Assembly (NCBI GenBank): GCA_029934735.1
Contig: JAOZLR010000001.1
Span: forward strand, 4,718 to 28,717
Direction: 5' to 3'
DNA: 24,000 nt
Origin: Bacteroidales bacterium
GTDB lineage: Bacteria > Bacteroidota > Bacteroidia > Bacteroidales > JAADJA01
Both the position numbers and the translations under genes were made by a program. Below are positions 20,723 through 24,000 of this stretch, piece after piece. Numbering within the stretch: the stretch's first letter is position 1; each line of letters opens with the position of its first letter. Under the pieces are notes generated by a model. That model saw only the letters and a list, made by a program, of their open reading frames with translations. It was not told the origin of the DNA and did no database searches.

Positions 20723-21897
20723 TGAATTTTATCGATTTGTTTTCAGGTGGTGGAGGCTTGTCTGAAGGCTTTGTCCGACAGGGATTTAAGCCTGTTGCTC
20801 ACGTTGAAACAGACAGGGCATCATGCAATACTATATTAACCAGAATCGCATATTATTATTTATCAGAAACCGGTAATAATGAGGTATATATTCAATATCT
20901 GAAGAGGCAAATAACTCGAAATGAATTGTATGAATATCTTCCTGACAGTCTAAAAATGTCCATAATTAATAAACCTATTGGAAAAGAAAGTAATAGGGAG
21001 ATATTCAGACGGATAAATGATGTGAAAGGGACTAAAAAAATTGATTTGATTATCGGAGGACCTCCTTGTCAGGCGTACTCTCTTGTTGGCAGAGCAAGAG
21101 ATGCATATAGTATGAAGTATGATGAAAGAAATTACCTTTATGTTCAGTATGCTGAATTCCTTAAAAAGTTTGAACCTGAATTCTTTATTTTTGAAAATGT
21201 TTCAGGTATGCTTTCTGCTAGAACCTCTGGCGGGGAAAAATACCTTGAAAAAATGATCAGGTTGTTTCGTGAGGTTGGATATGAGACTGAGTATGAATTA
21301 TTAAATGCTAAAGATTTTGGGGTTTTACAAAATAGAAAAAGAGTTATTCTAATTGGTAAAAAAGGAACTAAAAAAGGTTTTTATCCAAATTTCAAAAAGA
21401 AAGACTCAAAAGTTAATGTCGAAGAAATATTTAAAGGATTACCTAAATTAAAAGCAGGAGAAGGTAATTTTTTTGAAACAAAGTACACAAAAGATACTTC
21501 CGAATACCTAAAAGAAATTAAAGTTCAAAACGGTTTAGATTTTACAACACAACACATTGCAAGACCACATAATGAGCAAGATAAAGAAATATATCGAATT
21601 GCAATAAATAAATGGAATGAAAATGGAGAACGTTTAAATTATAACGATTTACCTGATAGATTAAAATCCCATAAAAATAGAAATTCTTTTACTGACAGAT
21701 TTAAAGTTGTTGCAGAAGAATTACCTGCTTGTCATACTGTTGTAGCACATATAGCAAAGGATGGACATTATTATATCCACCCAGATATTAAACAAAATCG
21801 TTCAATAACACCGAGAGAAGCAGCTAGATTACAATCATTTCCTGATGATTATTTCTTTGAAGGTCAAAATGACAAGCCTAGTAGAACTGCTGCATAA
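20722..21897 (+). CDS. DNA (cytosine-5-)-methyltransferase, C-terminus truncated before motif X
   Basis: FIDLFSGGGGLSEGF (I), GGPPCQAYSLVGRARD (IV), FFIFENVSGM (VI), LQNRKRVILIG (VIII) and SITPREAARLQSFPDDYFFEG (IX) are present; the ORF ends PSRTAA* with no GNAVPP-type motif X. Start overlaps the vsr stop (TGATG). Confidence 0.93.
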   Translation: MNFIDLFSGGGGLSEGFVRQGFKPVAHVETDRASCNTILTRIAYYYLSETGNNEVYIQYLKRQITRNELYEYLPDSLKMSIINKPIGKESNREIFRRINDVKGTKKIDLIIGGPPCQAYSLVGRARDAYSMKYDERNYLYVQYAEFLKKFEPEFFIFENVSGMLSARTSGGEKYLEKMIRLFREVGYETEYELLNAKDFGVLQNRKRVILIGKKGTKKGFYPNFKKKDSKVNVEEIFKGLPKLKAGEGNFFETKYTKDTSEYLKEIKVQNGLDFTTQHIARPHNEQDKEIYRIAINKWNENGERLNYNDLPDRLKSHKNRNSFTDRFKVVAEELPACHTVVAHIAKDGHYYIHPDIKQNRSITPREAARLQSFPDDYFFEGQNDKPSRTAA

Positions 21898-21908
21898 AAA
21901 ATAACATT

Positions 21909-22238
21909 ATGAATACTATTACTAAAACAGAGATTGACGCTTATAAAGAACTAAAAAAACAATATACAAATATTGTAAACACTAGCATTCTTGAAAATTG
22001 TAATAAAATAGTTCAAATTGGTGCATATACTGCTGAAATTGACAAGAATAATATTGTTACTCTTTCTCGAAATAAGTTCCCTTCTCAGTTTACTGAAAAA
22101 TCAGCAAATGATATTGTAAATATGAACTGGACTTCATCCAATAATAAAAAGGCAAATATTGAGATTTATAATATTAAAGATTGGTATAGAGGAAAAATAG
22201 AAGCATTAAATTTCATTATTAAAAACTATAATAATTAA
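21909..22238 (+). CDS. hypothetical protein of unknown function, part of the defence-type operon
   Basis: 109-aa ORF in tight operon spacing (11 bp after the methyltransferase, 1 bp before HNH); no family recognised. Confidence 0.7.
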   Translation: MNTITKTEIDAYKELKKQYTNIVNTSILENCNKIVQIGAYTAEIDKNNIVTLSRNKFPSQFTEKSANDIVNMNWTSSNNKKANIEIYNIKDWYRGKIEALNFIIKNYNN

Positions 22239-22239
22239 T

Positions 22240-23010
22240 ATGCAGAGACGTAATTGGACAAAAGATGAACTAATTCTTGCTTTTTCTTTATACCTTAAAC
22301 TTCCTTTTGGAAAAATGCATAGAAATAATCCAGATATTATTTATTTATCTAAAATAATAAATAGAACACCTAGTGCTGTCGCAATGCGTCTATCTAATTT
22401 TGCTAGTTTAGATCCATTTCATCAACAAAGAGGAGTAAAAGGTTTAACAGGAGGAATATCTATTTGTAAACCAATTTGGGATGAATTCATAGGTAATAGA
22501 GAGGATTTATTATATAAAAGTGAAAATATTTTAGCAAAGAAAGAAAATACAGATATAGAACTAAAATATTCGGATATTTTAAAAGATACTCAAAATTTAA
22601 AAGGTGAAATAAAAGAGCGTATTGTAAAGACAAGAGTTAATCAATCTGTTTTCAGAAAAATTATTTTATCTACATATACTCAAAAATGTGCAATAAGTGG
22701 AATTGATATTCCTCAATTATTAGTAGCAAGTCATATTATCCCGTGGTCTAAAAGCGAAAAAGAAAGATTAAATCCTTCAAATGGTATATGTTTATCATCA
22801 TTATATGACAAAGCATTTGATATTGGCTTAATAGGAATAAAAAAGGATTATACAGTGATATTATCCAATAAAATAAAGGATAAGTCAAAAATGGATTATT
22901 ATAATACTTATTTCAAGAATATAGAAAATCAAAAAATATTATTGCCAGAAAGGTATCAGCCTGATTTGAATTTTTTAGAATATCATTTAGATACCATTTT
23001 TCAAAAGTAA
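22240..23010 (+). CDS. HNH endonuclease (restriction-type)
   Basis: NWTKDELILAFSLYLKLPFGKMHRNNPDII...RTPSAVAMRLSNFASLDP N-terminal domain; HNH core CAISGIDIPQLLVASHIIPWSKSEKERLNPSNGICLSSLYDKAFDIGLI. Confidence 0.92.
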   Translation: MQRRNWTKDELILAFSLYLKLPFGKMHRNNPDIIYLSKIINRTPSAVAMRLSNFASLDPFHQQRGVKGLTGGISICKPIWDEFIGNREDLLYKSENILAKKENTDIELKYSDILKDTQNLKGEIKERIVKTRVNQSVFRKIILSTYTQKCAISGIDIPQLLVASHIIPWSKSEKERLNPSNGICLSSLYDKAFDIGLIGIKKDYTVILSNKIKDKSKMDYYNTYFKNIENQKILLPERYQPDLNFLEYHLDTIFQK

Positions 23011-23049
23011 ATTGTCAGAAAAACAAAAGGACGTTGGGACAGGCGAGGA

Positions 23050-24000
23050 ATGGTTGTTGGAAATGTTCAATCAGGTAAAACAGCAAATTATACAGGACTT
23101 ATTAATAAAGCAACTGATGCAGGATATAAATTAATAATTGTAATTGCTGGAATTCACAATAGTTTAAGGGCTCAAACTCAAAGTAGAATAGATGAGGGCT
23201 TTATTGGTAGAGATAGTTCTGATTTCATTTTAAGACAACGAAATATTAAAACTGGAGTCGGACATATTAAAGCTGAAACAGAAATATATTCTTTTACTTC
23301 TTCTGATGCAAAAGGTGACTTCAATAGAAATATAGCAACTAGAATTAATGTTCCTATTGGTGGACAAAGTCCTACCGTTTTAGTTATTAAAAAGAATAAA
23401 AGTATATTAGAAAATTTAATTTTATGGTTACATCAGTTTGCCATTGACAATGGAAATGGTGAGAATAAAATATTTGATGTTCCTCTATTGTTAATTGATG
23501 ATGAAGCGGATAACGCTTCTGTAAACTCAGGGACTGAATTAGATGTTAAAACCATTAACCGATTAATAAGAACTCTATTAAACTTATTTAATCAAAATAC
23601 TTTTATAGGATATACGGCAACCCCATACGCTAATATTTTTATTCCATCTTCCTGGAGTAAAAATCTGGAAACAATGGTAAAAGATATCAAACTTAAAGTG
23701 GGTGAAGACCTATTCCCTCGGGACTTTATCGTAAATATCCCTCCTCCCTCCAATTATATTGGAGCTGTTCAGGTTTTTGGATTTGAAAATGAAGAAACTG
23801 GTGAAGAACACGAAGGTTTAGATATTATAAGATTAGCCGAAGACCAAGAACCATTATTCCCGAAAAAAATAAATAAATATAATAAAGATGAATTACCTGA
23901 AGATGTTCCTTCTTCTTTGAAAACAGCAATTAAATCGTTTATCTTAACTTGTGCAATCAGGCGATTAAGAGGACAGGAAACGAAGCATAATTCTATGCTT
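23050..24000 (+). CDS. Z1 domain-containing ATPase/helicase-like protein, lacks the usual N-terminal region; continues past right edge
   Basis: Hand translation: WDRRGMVVGNVQSGKTANYTGLINKATDAGYKLIIVIAGIHNSLRAQTQSRIDEGF (Walker A), LLLIDDEADNAS (Walker B), FIGYTATPYANIF (motif III-like). Frame is open from 23011 to 24000; first ATG is at 23050. Confidence 0.88.
   Translation, partial: MVVGNVQSGKTANYTGLINKATDAGYKLIIVIAGIHNSLRAQTQSRIDEGFIGRDSSDFILRQRNIKTGVGHIKAETEIYSFTSSDAKGDFNRNIATRINVPIGGQSPTVLVIKKNKSILENLILWLHQFAIDNGNGENKIFDVPLLLIDDEADNASVNSGTELDVKTINRLIRTLLNLFNQNTFIGYTATPYANIFIPSSWSKNLETMVKDIKLKVGEDLFPRDFIVNIPPPSNYIGAVQVFGFENEETGEEHEGLDIIRLAEDQEPLFPKKINKYNKDELPEDVPSSLKTAIKSFILTCAIRRLRGQETKHNSML

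Noticed and set aside
22240-24000. HNH-Z1 as one fusion protein interrupted by a nonsense mutation
   Set aside because: HNH has a natural-looking family C-terminus (FLEYHLDTIFQK) just before the stop, and known Z1 proteins are separate genes. Same-frame adjacency may be chance (1 in 3). Kept only as an alternative under the junction finding.

Overview
Bacteroidetes-like chromosomal segment, judged from gene content, a T9SS sorting domain and DUF families. Positions 1 to about 20135 are mostly housekeeping: partial mutL, a GroES-like gene, an ABC ATPase, L-serine ammonia-lyase, a serine hydrolase, a MATE exporter, a patatin, a PPTase, ligA, an SRPBCC/GyrI-like gene, a PIN/antitoxin pair, DUF4831, a T9SS secreted protein and kdsA. 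Small mobile-repeat signals sit among them. The most interesting part is the right edge (about 20300-24000). It is an AT-rich, tightly packed defence-type operon: Vsr-like nuclease, C5-cytosine methyltransferase, 109-aa unknown ORF, HNH endonuclease, and a Z1-type ATPase/helicase running off the window. This resembles known Z1/MORC-associated restriction-modification loci. However, the methyltransferase stops just before conserved motif X, and the Z1 ORF begins just before Walker A with no upstream region, in the same frame directly after the HNH stop. The 1.1-kb unknown-ORF + HNH segment therefore looks like a cassette that replaced the methyltransferase tail, possibly intervening genes, and the Z1 N-terminus. 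Other signals: a RAYT-type transposase flanked by inverted REP-like hairpins; dispersed GAGCG-TCCA-CGCTC hairpins with compensatory arm changes; and a 41-bp tandem repeat that supplies the C-terminal codons of a PPTase.
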